A stretch of 64,000 bases of DNA from Nanobdellota archaeon (GTDB lineage: Archaea; Nanobdellota; Nanobdellia; Pacearchaeales; GW2011-AR1): contig JBBSXB010000007.1 of assembly GCA_038046005.1 (NCBI GenBank), positions 586 to 64,585 of the forward strand, in the 5' to 3' direction. Under the pieces are notes generated by a model, which saw only the letters and a list, made by a program, of their open reading frames with translations, was not told the origin of the DNA and did not search any database. Shown one piece after another: positions 1-8,986 of this stretch. A program made the position numbers and the translations under genes. Each line of letters starts with the position of its first letter. The stretch's first letter is position 1.

Positions 1-269
1 TTTCTCTGAATGATATTGAAGATGTGACAGAAGTTCCTGTCCTCGCAGTCATTCCTCACGATGTCAATATGTTAAAAGCTCTTTCAGAATTCAGGACTTA
101 TACTGATTTTAAACCTAAGTCTAAGGGAAGTGAAGAACTTAGAAGATTATCTTCAACATTGCTTGGCGAGAAATACGAACCTCCTATGCTGAGAAAGTTT
201 TTGTGGTGGTTTGCCCCTGAGAAACAGGAGATTAACAGGCAAGTTTTCTATGACGAAGTTTTTAGATGA
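1..269 (+). CDS. MinD/ParA-family ATPase, C-terminal fragment (5' end outside window)
   Basis: The frame is open from the window edge (...SLNDIEDVTEVPVLAVIPHD...). A VPVLxVIPxD segment followed by a short tail is typical of archaeal MinD-like ATPases. Walker motifs lie outside the window, so the assignment is weak. Confidence 0.4.
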   Translation, partial: SLNDIEDVTEVPVLAVIPHDVNMLKALSEFRTYTDFKPKSKGSEELRRLSSTLLGEKYEPPMLRKFLWWFAPEKQEINRQVFYDEVFR

Positions 270-321
270 AAGTTTTCCAAAACTCTTATAAATGGTGTTA
301 AAGTTTTTTCTTTATAGTGTT

Positions 322-394
322 AGCCCCTTAGTACAGCGGTCAAGTATACGGCCCTTTGGAGGCCGGGACCCAGGTTCGAATCCTGGAGGGGCTA
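322..394 (+). tRNA. tRNA-Gln (anticodon TTG)
   Basis: Cloverleaf read by eye: acceptor AGCCCCT/AGGGGCT, anticodon stem CGGCC/GGCCG, loop CTTTGGA, T-arm CCAGG-TTCGAAT-CCTGG. 73 nt, no intron, no encoded CCA. TATA-like CTTATAAAT lies ~30 nt upstream. Confidence 0.9.
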
Positions 395-434
395 TTATCT
401 AAATCTTTAAAATATAATCTTTTGTTTCTAAAAT

Positions 435-1259
435 ATGCAAAACTTAGTAGATGATTTATACAAGTTTGCTGGGAGAGAGTTGCATGAAGCCGCTTGGGTA
501 GCCAACCTACCAATTCATAATGGGGTTGCATTACACTCTTTTTTTAATGGTTTCAATTCTCATGGAGAAATTAAAGTTGAACTTGATGATAGAAATAGAA
601 AAGCGTCTTTTTATTTGCCTATAAACTTCAGGAAAAAGGAAAGAATCTTTAGCACACAAATTTCTTATTCTGAGCTTTTACAAGGTTGGAAGAATCATCT
701 TAGATCTTCACCAAAATCTATGTACGATTCAATATACCAAGTTTATGATAATATGGGAGAAAGCATAGAGAATATGGACAAAGGTTTTTTTAGATCTAGT
801 GAGTTAGATTGGTCAAGAAGATTTAGGAACTCAAGCCCTCGTGAAATTAGAGAATTCATGGAAGTTAGTTTACTAGAATACTTTGGAAGATATCATGAAG
901 GCGTGCTACTTAACTATAGGGATCAAAAATCTTCCGAGTTGCTTGAACCTAAAATATTTTGGGATGTTTTGAAAGAATTTCCTCTTGGTAAACTTCATAC
1001 TGCTGTTGTCAATGCAGAGGTTGATCACTCTTTTGCTCCTGTTGGACCTTGTTCAGAATATATTTTAGAAACGCCAGAAAGTGAGTTTGATTCTCAAGAA
1101 TATTTTCCCAGCGAGTCTGCATTAATGGACGTGTTTTGGGGAATGTATCTACAAAAATTAACTTTAAAAAAAGGCTATCCAACTTTTGACATTAAACCCT
1201 CGCTGAAATGTTTTATCACTCAACGAAACAATGCTTTAATGCCTCTTAGAGCTTCTTAA
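435..1259 (+). CDS. hypothetical protein
   Basis: Uninterrupted 274-aa ORF in a compact context. I recognise no motif. Confidence 0.5.
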   Translation: MQNLVDDLYKFAGRELHEAAWVANLPIHNGVALHSFFNGFNSHGEIKVELDDRNRKASFYLPINFRKKERIFSTQISYSELLQGWKNHLRSSPKSMYDSIYQVYDNMGESIENMDKGFFRSSELDWSRRFRNSSPREIREFMEVSLLEYFGRYHEGVLLNYRDQKSSELLEPKIFWDVLKEFPLGKLHTAVVNAEVDHSFAPVGPCSEYILETPESEFDSQEYFPSESALMDVFWGMYLQKLTLKKGYPTFDIKPSLKCFITQRNNALMPLRAS

Positions 1260-1993
1260 TACTTCTCCTTATACCTTCCTCTAGATTCAACTTTTTTCAG
1301 CTGGTTCAAAACAGCTTTTGAGTTTTTTGAGATAGAGTATCCTTGCTCAACTGCTTTCCAGAGTTCTTGCCAGTGTCTAAAGTGTTTTGCTTCCAAGGCT
1401 TGTTTTAACAAATGCAGGTCAACTGCTTTGTCCTCTATCTTGCGGCTTATGAATCCAAGACCGAAATCAATGAAGAAAACTTGCTCGCTGTCGCTCGCTA
1501 ATTGATGTTGCTCAGCGCCAGACTTTGTCAAGGCGCTTCGCTGATTTTTTTTATTTAATGTTAAATTTTTTGGTTGGTTACTTATATTATTGGCTTTCTT
1601 GTCTAGATTATCAACCAAAATCATGTTGGATGTTGTTAAATCTCCATGGATGATGCTTTCATCATGGAGTTTTGCAATTGATTCCCCTATTTTTTTGCAG
1701 ACTTCTAATCTGTTTTTTAAACTGTCAAGATGCTCAGAGAGTTTTTTGCCTTCAATAAAAGGCATAACAATCTGATTTTGTTTTTCAGATTTCAATGGAA
1801 TAGGTGCATTGATTATTTTAGAAGCTTTTTCAAGAAGTTTAGTTTCAGCTTTTGTCCTTCTTTTTCTAATCATGTCATCGAGTTCTTTTAGCCTGTAAGA
1901 TTTTTTTACTCTGTCCTTTGTTATGAAATTGTTTGAAAGAATTATTTTTGCTTCTGCGCCTTGTTGGATTATTTTTACCATTTTACTCTTCAT
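1256..1993 (-). CDS. bud32: Bud32/PRPK-type atypical protein kinase (KEOPS subunit)
   Basis: Carries the catalytic loop HGDLTTSNMIL, IDFGLG (DFG) and a C-terminal DKAVDLHLLKQALE, which together are the Bud32 signature. A ~40-aa low-complexity insert sits between the catalytic loop and DFG. Confidence 0.75.
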   Translation of the reverse strand: MKSKMVKIIQQGAEAKIILSNNFITKDRVKKSYRLKELDDMIRKRRTKAETKLLEKASKIINAPIPLKSEKQNQIVMPFIEGKKLSEHLDSLKNRLEVCKKIGESIAKLHDESIIHGDLTTSNMILVDNLDKKANNISNQPKNLTLNKKNQRSALTKSGAEQHQLASDSEQVFFIDFGLGFISRKIEDKAVDLHLLKQALEAKHFRHWQELWKAVEQGYSISKNSKAVLNQLKKVESRGRYKEKY

Positions 1994-2381
1994 ACCTCAA
2001 ACTTATTAATAAAACTATCAAAGATATAATTAATCCTATGTCAACTACAAGGCAGTATTTGCAATAACTTTTCAGGACAAAATGCTGCAGATACACAAAA
2101 TACATTGCTATTAAAGAGCCAAAAATAACTCCCAAGTTTATTATTATTTTTTTCTCTTTTGTTGGCTTTCTTATGTGTAAAAGTGTCAGGACCGACAAAA
2201 AAAGAAAAATAAATGTTCCATAAACACTGGTTTTTATTCCAAACATATAACCATATTTAGAAGTGGTTACCGTATCACACCCTCCCGTGCATATTGGCGG
2301 GGTTGCTTGTGTAGCTAGGATTGCAGATATAACTAAAGATAATGTGAAAATTACCCAAAATATTTTGTACTTGTGTTTCAT
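1983..2381 (-). CDS. vitamin K epoxide reductase (VKOR)-family membrane protein
   Basis: Has four hydrophobic segments, a loop Cys pair (CTGGC), SKYGYMFGIKTSVYG, and a CKYC redox motif in the last TM helix. Confidence 0.6.
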   Translation of the reverse strand: MKHKYKIFWVIFTLSLVISAILATQATPPICTGGCDTVTTSKYGYMFGIKTSVYGTFIFLFLSVLTLLHIRKPTKEKKIIINLGVIFGSLIAMYFVYLQHFVLKSYCKYCLVVDIGLIISLIVLLISLRYEE

Positions 2382-2428
2382 AGTTTTATTATTAAACTGG
2401 CATTTAAAAATCCTAATCTTCCCACATT

Positions 2429-3790
2429 TTAAAACATTTTTTTCTTGCCAAATTTTTTTGCCATTTTCATCAATTGCTTCTGGCTTATTCCTTTGCTTTC
2501 ATCAAATCCAGACTGAGATTTTATAAATTCATTCAACATGTCGTATTGTTTTAACAGAGATTTTATCTCGTTTGTTGTTACTCCGGCCCCTTTCGCAACC
2601 CTGTTTATTCTCGAGTGTTCTTCCTTAAACAAATCCGGATTTTGTTTTTCTTCTTTAGTCATGCTTTTTAGGATATGTTCCCATTTTGCGATTCTTGTTT
2701 GCTGAGTTTCAAGTGTGCCTTCAGGAATCTTGGCTTGGCCCAATCCCGGAATCATTGATTTTATCTTATCAAAGCTTCCAATAGAACTCATACTTTTTGT
2801 CTGTTCTATAACATCCTCAAGTGAAAGCTTTCCTTCCTCTAGTCTTAATTTTAATGCTTCCTGCTCATCCTCCCCAGTTATTGATTTTATTTTTTCAATC
2901 AATGTTTCCAAATCTCCCATTCCAAGAAGTCTCGAAAGGAAAGATTCTGGGTTAAATGATTCTAGGTCATTTACTTTTTCTCCCGTTCCTATAAAATAAA
3001 CGGGGGCTTTTGTTTCTGCGCATGCAGTTAAAGCTCCTCCCCCTTTAGCTGTGGAGTCCATTCTTGTAACTATTATTCCCGAGACATTTACTGCATCTAT
3101 AAATTGCTGTGAAAGTGTTTTTGCTGCCTGTCCAATATCTGCGGGCATTATCAAAATTGTTTCTGATGTGTTAATCGCTTTAGAAAGATCTTTTATCTCT
3201 TTGACTAGTTCGTTGTCGAGAGTGTGTCTTCCGGCTGTGTCAATCAGAACAACATTATAATCTTTCAACTTGTTTTCTAGTTTTTTCCATGTTTTTAATG
3301 CGTTGTTCTCTTCAAAATCAACAAAATAGTTTAGATTGTGTTTTTCTGCTAATTGTTTTAATTGTTCTTTTGCAGCTGGCCTATGGACATCCAACCCAAC
3401 TAAAGCCACTTTGTTCCCTCTTTTCGCATAATAATTTCCAAGCTTCGCAATTGTTGTTGTTTTTCCTGCACCATAAAGCCCCAAAAGCATTATCCTGTTT
3501 TGCCCTTTTTTCAGTTCTAATGGGGTGTATTTTCCAAGAATACTTACCAGCTCGTCATGAAGGACTTTTATCAAATGCTCTTTTTTCTCTATGTTTTTTA
3601 TCCTTTCATCAAAAGCTACTTTCCTTATTTTCTCACTCAGTTCTTTGACTAAAACTATGTTGACATCTGCTTCGATTAAAGCTCTTTGCAAGTCTCTGAC
3701 TATTATCTCAACCAGGTTTTTGTCAAGAAATATAGCATTAGCTATCTTGTCTGTTGTCTTTTTCAATATGTCTCCTAGTCTGCCGAACAT
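2429..3790 (-). CDS. srp54: signal recognition particle protein SRP54
   Basis: Shows P-loop GLYGAGKTTT, DTAGR and VTRMDSTAKGG, plus a Met-rich M domain (LLGMGDL...KSMIPGLG). Confidence 0.95.
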   Translation of the reverse strand: MFGRLGDILKKTTDKIANAIFLDKNLVEIIVRDLQRALIEADVNIVLVKELSEKIRKVAFDERIKNIEKKEHLIKVLHDELVSILGKYTPLELKKGQNRIMLLGLYGAGKTTTIAKLGNYYAKRGNKVALVGLDVHRPAAKEQLKQLAEKHNLNYFVDFEENNALKTWKKLENKLKDYNVVLIDTAGRHTLDNELVKEIKDLSKAINTSETILIMPADIGQAAKTLSQQFIDAVNVSGIIVTRMDSTAKGGGALTACAETKAPVYFIGTGEKVNDLESFNPESFLSRLLGMGDLETLIEKIKSITGEDEQEALKLRLEEGKLSLEDVIEQTKSMSSIGSFDKIKSMIPGLGQAKIPEGTLETQQTRIAKWEHILKSMTKEEKQNPDLFKEEHSRINRVAKGAGVTTNEIKSLLKQYDMLNEFIKSQSGFDESKGISQKQLMKMAKKFGKKKMF

Positions 3791-3867
3791 AGAAAAACAA
3801 GTGAAATAAAGGTTAATAAATTTTGGGTATGAGAAGATTTTATATAATTTGAATTATTTAAAATAAA

Positions 3868-4518
3868 ATGAATTGTAAGAATTGTGGAGAAATATCGGGA
3901 AATTATGACTTGTGCAGGGATTGTTATTACGATTATGAAGATGGATTAATAGATAAATGTAAATGTGGAAATTATAAAGGTGCAGAATTTGAATTCTGCT
4001 ATAATTGTTATAAAAACTTGAAATTAGATAAACCTCAAAAGAAGACCAAGATTAATGACTCTTCCATTAAAGGAAGGTTAGCAGAGGCAATAATTGAAGA
4101 AATGTTTATCTCTATGGGCTATAGAGTTTTTAGATTTGGGATGGAAAACACTATTCCTGGTTTTGCAGAGATGATAAGAGAAAAAGCAGGAACTAGAATA
4201 AGTCAAGTAAAAGAGCAGATTCGTAAAATGCCTGATTTTATTGTAGTTAAGGATTCAAATATAGCTTATGTTGAAGTGAAGTATCGAACAAGCGGGAATT
4301 TTGATTTTAATAAAGAGTATAATAAAAAAGGAGGCTATCCTTATAAAAATGCTTACTTCATTTTGGTTACTCCAAATCATATTAAAATTCAAAGAGCTTC
4401 TGAATTAGAGAAGGAAGAAGATTTTGTTTATTTAGGTGATTGTAAAGATTTTGAAACTGATAGAGAAATAATTCTTCAGTATATAGAATTTTGTAAGAAA
4501 TTTTTTGGTAATTGTTAA
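3868..4518 (+). CDS. zinc-ribbon protein with C-terminal PD-(D/E)xK nuclease-like domain
   Basis: Two CxxC...CxxC ribbons at the N-terminus (CKNCG..CRDC; CKCG..CYNC). The C-terminal part has MPDFIVVKDSNIAYVEVKYR, a D...E-x-K arrangement typical of the restriction-endonuclease-like fold. Confidence 0.5.
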   Translation: MNCKNCGEISGNYDLCRDCYYDYEDGLIDKCKCGNYKGAEFEFCYNCYKNLKLDKPQKKTKINDSSIKGRLAEAIIEEMFISMGYRVFRFGMENTIPGFAEMIREKAGTRISQVKEQIRKMPDFIVVKDSNIAYVEVKYRTSGNFDFNKEYNKKGGYPYKNAYFILVTPNHIKIQRASELEKEEDFVYLGDCKDFETDREIILQYIEFCKKFFGNC

Positions 4519-4522
4519 TTTT

Positions 4523-5704
4523 TCACAATCCTAAATCATCAAGAAATTTTCTTTTATCAAAAGGAATTAATGAGTCATAACCTTGTCCTATTCCAAGATA
4601 TAATATTGGCTTTTTTGTTACATATCCAACTGATAAAGCTGTTCCGCCTTTTTCATCCGTATCTGCTTTTGTCAATATAATTCCTCCAATTCCTATTGTC
4701 TCATTAAAGGATTTTATCTGTTCTATTGAATCATTTCCAGTTATTGATTCACCAACAAATATTTTTAAGTCAGGTTTACAGACTTTTGCTATTTTTTCCA
4801 ATTCCTTTAAGAGATTTTTCTCAGAGTGCATTCTTCCTGCGGTGTCAATCAGAACAACATCAATATAATTTTTTTTTGCGTAATTTATAGCATCAAAACC
4901 TACTGCTGCAGGGTCTGCCCCATAGTCTTGAGAAATGACTCTGATTCCTAATTTTTCCCCATGTTTTTTTATTTGTTCTATTGATGCAGCTCTAAACGTA
5001 TCTCCTGCGGCAAGGATACAGCTAAGCCCTTGTTTTTTGAAATTATGCGCTAGTTTTGCAATTGTTGTCGTTTTTCCTGTCCCGTTAATTCCACAGAACA
5101 AAATGACATACGGCTTTTCTTTTTTGTCAACAATCTTCCCTTCTATAGAAAAAGGGTCAACCAATATTTTTTCAATGATTTTTCTTAATGAATCTTTTAT
5201 TTCGCTTTCCAACTCTTTTTTTAGAATTTCTTTTCCGATAATTTCTTTTTCCAACTCTGTTATTATTTTGTCTGCCGCTTCAAAAGCCACATTATTCTCT
5301 ATCAAAAGCATTTTCAAATCTTCAGAGTATTCTTCAAAGTCTTTTTCACTTATCTTAATTTTTGATATTTTTGAAAAAACCTTTGAGAAAAAACCCCTTT
5401 TTTCTGGTTCTTCTTCAACATAACTTGTTTCTTGTTTAGCTTCTATTTTTTCTTTTATTTCCTTAAGCTTTTCAACATCTGGCTCATATTTTAATTCTCC
5501 AACTTCAAACTCCATTGGTATGGGAATTTCTTTTGTTTCCTCTTTGCTCTTTGATTTTTCCTTCTTTTCTTTTTTTTGCGGCTTTTCTAGTTTTTCTTCC
5601 TTTATTTCTTCTGCTGGAGTTTCCTTTATCTTTTCCTTCTCTTCTACTTTTTCTGTAAAGCTTTTTGCCCAGTTTTTTAGTTTTTCTTTAAATTTAGAGA
5701 ACAT
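4523..5704 (-). CDS. ftsY: SRP receptor FtsY
   Basis: K/E-rich N-terminal region followed by an NG domain with GINGTGKTTT, DTAGR and TKADTDEKGG. Confidence 0.95.
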   Translation of the reverse strand: MFSKFKEKLKNWAKSFTEKVEEKEKIKETPAEEIKEEKLEKPQKKEKKEKSKSKEETKEIPIPMEFEVGELKYEPDVEKLKEIKEKIEAKQETSYVEEEPEKRGFFSKVFSKISKIKISEKDFEEYSEDLKMLLIENNVAFEAADKIITELEKEIIGKEILKKELESEIKDSLRKIIEKILVDPFSIEGKIVDKKEKPYVILFCGINGTGKTTTIAKLAHNFKKQGLSCILAAGDTFRAASIEQIKKHGEKLGIRVISQDYGADPAAVGFDAINYAKKNYIDVVLIDTAGRMHSEKNLLKELEKIAKVCKPDLKIFVGESITGNDSIEQIKSFNETIGIGGIILTKADTDEKGGTALSVGYVTKKPILYLGIGQGYDSLIPFDKRKFLDDLGL

Positions 5705-5779
5705 ATTTTCAACAATCGAAAGCTATATATATAATTTTTCTTTTGTGATAAGTATTATTTAGTATGAAAGGGGGTTAAA

Positions 5780-6415
5780 ATGAATAAAAAAGGAATGTCG
5801 GCTAAAGGATGGTGGATTTTAGCTATTATTGCTGTTGTAGTAATTTTTCTTATTCTTTTTTTGAGCGGGACTCTTACTGGAAAGGCTGCGGCCTCTGTAA
5901 CACAGTGTAATGACCGGGTTGATAACGATGGAGATGGCAAATGTGATTATTCTGGCAACAGGAAGGGTTGCACTGATGGTTCAGTAAAAGGGGATGCAGG
6001 ATGTGCTAGCAGTAGTGATTCAACGGAAGCAAGCTGCATTGCAGGTTCTACAAATTGTGGGGTTGGAGAATGTATAAGGTCTTCAACATGTGTGAATGAC
6101 CAAAGTTCATGTACTCCCGGTACACCCGTAAGTGAAGTTTGTGGAGATGGAAAGGATAATGATTGTAATGGAGTTGTTGATAATGGATGTTTTACAAATA
6201 CATGTGCAGATAGTGATGGGGGACAAGTTTATAACGTATTAGGAACAGTTTCTGGACTGCTTAATAACACGGGATACAACTTTACAGACTCGTGTCCAAC
6301 AGGCTTTAGCCTAAAAGAGTATTATTGTAGTGGAAATCAGTATGCAAGCACAACAATTTCATGTAATATGACTGGGAATTCTACAGGAACTTGCTCTTCA
6401 GGCAGATGCATATAA
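5780..6415 (+). CDS. secreted/anchored cysteine-rich protein
   Basis: N-terminal TM/signal segment (WWILAIIAVVVIFLILFL) followed by Cys-rich repeats CNDRVDNDGDGKCDY and CGDGKDNDCNGVVDNGC, which resemble Asp-rich metal-binding motifs. Confidence 0.6.
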   Translation: MNKKGMSAKGWWILAIIAVVVIFLILFLSGTLTGKAAASVTQCNDRVDNDGDGKCDYSGNRKGCTDGSVKGDAGCASSSDSTEASCIAGSTNCGVGECIRSSTCVNDQSSCTPGTPVSEVCGDGKDNDCNGVVDNGCFTNTCADSDGGQVYNVLGTVSGLLNNTGYNFTDSCPTGFSLKEYYCSGNQYASTTISCNMTGNSTGTCSSGRCI

Positions 6416-6493
6416 ATTAATTTTTTAATTTATTTTTTTCTTCTTTTTTCTTCTTTTTGTAATATTTATAAAGATGTTTGACTTTTCTAGTGG

Positions 6494-7174
6494 ATGTTGA
6501 AAAAGGGGCAAAGTTTTAAGATTTACATCTTTAGGCATGGGCAGACAACTTACAATGCTAAAGGAATTTTTACTGGTTGGAAAGATCCAATCCTAACAAG
6601 AAAAGGGGCAGCCCAAGCTAAAAAAGTTGCAAGGGAACTCAAAAATAAAAAAATAGAAGTTGCTTTTCGTTCTAAACTTCTAAGATCGCGGGAGACTCTC
6701 AAAATTGTTTTGAAATTTCATCCAGAATGCAAGAAAATTATTGAGGACAACAGAATAATCGAAAGAAGATACGGAATTTTAGAAGGAACAACTCATGAAG
6801 CATTCATCAAAAAGATTGGGAAAAAAATTGGAGAGGACCTTGAAGCAATAGGGGACTCTATAGAGAATTTGGACAAAAGAGCAAGAAAAAAGGCAGACTT
6901 GTTTTTGGGGGAGCAAGAGTATAACGCAATCCACAGAGGTTATAATGTCAAGGTTCCCCAAGGTGAGAGCTTTGCAGATGTTGAGAAAAGGGTTGGAAGT
7001 TTTATAAAATTCTTGAAAAAATTTGTAAAGAAAAACAGAGTTAATGTTGTAATTTCTGCTCATGGAAATTCAATAAGACTTTTTAGAAAGATATGGGAAA
7101 ATGTTTCAAGAGAAGAAGCAATAAAATGGATAATCCCTTATGACGAGGTTTATGAGTATAAGATTAGAGTTTAG
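6494..7174 (+). CDS. histidine phosphatase family protein (dPGM-like)
   Basis: IFRHGQTTYNAKG (RHG phosphohistidine motif) and a distal SAHGNSIR. Confidence 0.75.
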   Translation: MLKKGQSFKIYIFRHGQTTYNAKGIFTGWKDPILTRKGAAQAKKVARELKNKKIEVAFRSKLLRSRETLKIVLKFHPECKKIIEDNRIIERRYGILEGTTHEAFIKKIGKKIGEDLEAIGDSIENLDKRARKKADLFLGEQEYNAIHRGYNVKVPQGESFADVEKRVGSFIKFLKKFVKKNRVNVVISAHGNSIRLFRKIWENVSREEAIKWIIPYDEVYEYKIRV

Positions 7175-7193
7175 AACAATGTTTTGGAGACTT

Positions 7194-7475
7194 TTAATCT
7201 ATGTAAATTCTAGATATTAAGAATAACGCCCAATCAATAAATAATAAAATTATAGAGAGTACTAACCAGAGCCAAAATTTCCAGTCTTTAGCTATACTTG
7301 TTTTTTCTTTATTATGTTTGACAATATTTATTATCAGATTTATCATAAAGAAGGGAGCTAGAAAAAATGAAATAAAAAATACTAAGTTTATTTTAAGAAA
7401 TGGGTACAAATAAACAATACTCAAAATCACAACAACAGTCCAATACCAAAACCACCACTTTTTCATAATATTCAT
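7194..7475 (-). CDS. small membrane protein
   Basis: 93-aa ORF with three hydrophobic helices. No family recognised. Confidence 0.45.
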   Translation of the reverse strand: MNIMKKWWFWYWTVVVILSIVYLYPFLKINLVFFISFFLAPFFMINLIINIVKHNKEKTSIAKDWKFWLWLVLSIILLFIDWALFLISRIYID

Positions 7476-7567
7476 AACAACATGAGTCTATTCGTGTTTA
7501 AGTATTTTTCAGACTTTATAGCTGTCATTATCTAAATTTATATAAAGAATGACTCCTTTGCATAATA

Positions 7568-8809
7568 ATGAAAGGCGTTCTGTTGGTTATTGATGGAATG
7601 GCGGATCTTCCTAACGAACAGCTTCAGGGAAAAACTCCACTCGAAGATGCTTACACCCCAAATATGAATTTTTTGGCTGCAAGGGGAAAAATTGGAATCA
7701 TGGATCCTGTGAAACCTGGATTTGCTCCAGAATCTGAACAGTCCATTCTTAATTTTTTCGGAAATGACTTGATGTTTGGCACGAGAGGACAATTAGAAGC
7801 GATTGGGGAAAATATAAATCTTATGAGGGGGGACATTGCATTGAGGGCAAATTTTGCAACTATTGATTCTTTAAATAATGGAAATATTTTAGACAGAAGA
7901 ACTGGAAGAACTTTGACTTCTAACGAAATAGACTCTTTGGCAAAGGCTGTAAGTAAAATTCAACTTCCATGCAAATTTATCTTTAAGCCGACTGTTTTGC
8001 ATCAGGCCATCTTAGTTTTCAGGGGAGGATTTTCAGATAACGTTTTGGGAAATGATACGACTTATATTCAAGGCAAAACAAACAAAGTGACAAAGGTAAG
8101 GAATTCAATCTCTTTAGATGATGAGGACAATTCTAAATTTACTGCAGATGTTCTCAATGAGTTTGCTCAAAAATCCCATACTGTTTTGGAAAACCATCCC
8201 ATAAATCAAGAGAGGAGACAAAAAGGGCTTCTTCCTGCCAATTATATTCTGTTCAGGGGGGTTGGAGTTGATTTTCCAAAACTTAAACAATACAAAAACT
8301 GGATGTCATTTAGTTATTTTCCTTTAGAAAAAGGATTTTCCAAGGCAAGCGGAATGCAAGTTTTTTCTTTTGATTATCCTAAACTGAAAAATGCAGATCC
8401 CTATTCTGTTATCTGGGATGGGTTAAGGAGAGCCTGCAACTTGGCGTCAAATATAATAAAAGCAAATCATAGGAAATTTGATTATGCCTACATCCATATT
8501 ATTGAGCCAGACATTCCTGGACACGATAACAAGCCTTTTGAGAAAAAAGCAATGATAGAGTATATTGATAGCACTCTTGTTAGATTTTTAAAAGATTTTG
8601 CGACAGTAAACAACGTTAAAGTTGTGGTTACTTCAAATCATTCAACTCCCTGCGGTCTTAAAGACCACTCTGCAGACCCAGTTCCTTTGCTTTTTTATAA
8701 TTCTTCAATTCCTAAAGAGAATGAATTTTCTGAGGTTAACGCTAAAAGAGGGGAATTGGGGAGAATTTTAGGAAAAGATTTGCTAAGCGTGACTGGATTT
8801 GACAGATAG
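7568..8809 (+). CDS. apgM: 2,3-bisphosphoglycerate-independent phosphoglycerate mutase, archaeal type
   Basis: N-terminus MKGVLLVIDGMADLP, then HIIEPDIPGHD and TSNHSTP, metal-ligand motifs typical of ApgM (alkaline-phosphatase superfamily). Confidence 0.85.
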   Translation: MKGVLLVIDGMADLPNEQLQGKTPLEDAYTPNMNFLAARGKIGIMDPVKPGFAPESEQSILNFFGNDLMFGTRGQLEAIGENINLMRGDIALRANFATIDSLNNGNILDRRTGRTLTSNEIDSLAKAVSKIQLPCKFIFKPTVLHQAILVFRGGFSDNVLGNDTTYIQGKTNKVTKVRNSISLDDEDNSKFTADVLNEFAQKSHTVLENHPINQERRQKGLLPANYILFRGVGVDFPKLKQYKNWMSFSYFPLEKGFSKASGMQVFSFDYPKLKNADPYSVIWDGLRRACNLASNIIKANHRKFDYAYIHIIEPDIPGHDNKPFEKKAMIEYIDSTLVRFLKDFATVNNVKVVVTSNHSTPCGLKDHSADPVPLLFYNSSIPKENEFSEVNAKRGELGRILGKDLLSVTGFDR

Positions 8810-8986
8810 TTTCCCACAATAATAATCATTAAAAACCTGCGCTTTTTACTTCTTCTATGATAACATATAATGATATTTACAAAGCAGCTGAAAACAACCC
8901 CTTGGTTTTTTTCGATTTTCCTCGAATTGTAGAAGGGCGATTTCTAATTGCCTCTTATGAAATCGCATGCTGCTTCAGGAGAAAAA

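Noticed and set aside
4935-5762. Long plus-strand ORFs (162 aa and 80 aa) inside ftsY, and similar ones inside srp54 (2715-3809).
   Set aside because: They are antisense to unambiguous SRP GTPase genes. The F/S/I-rich products arise from the K/E-rich sense strand.
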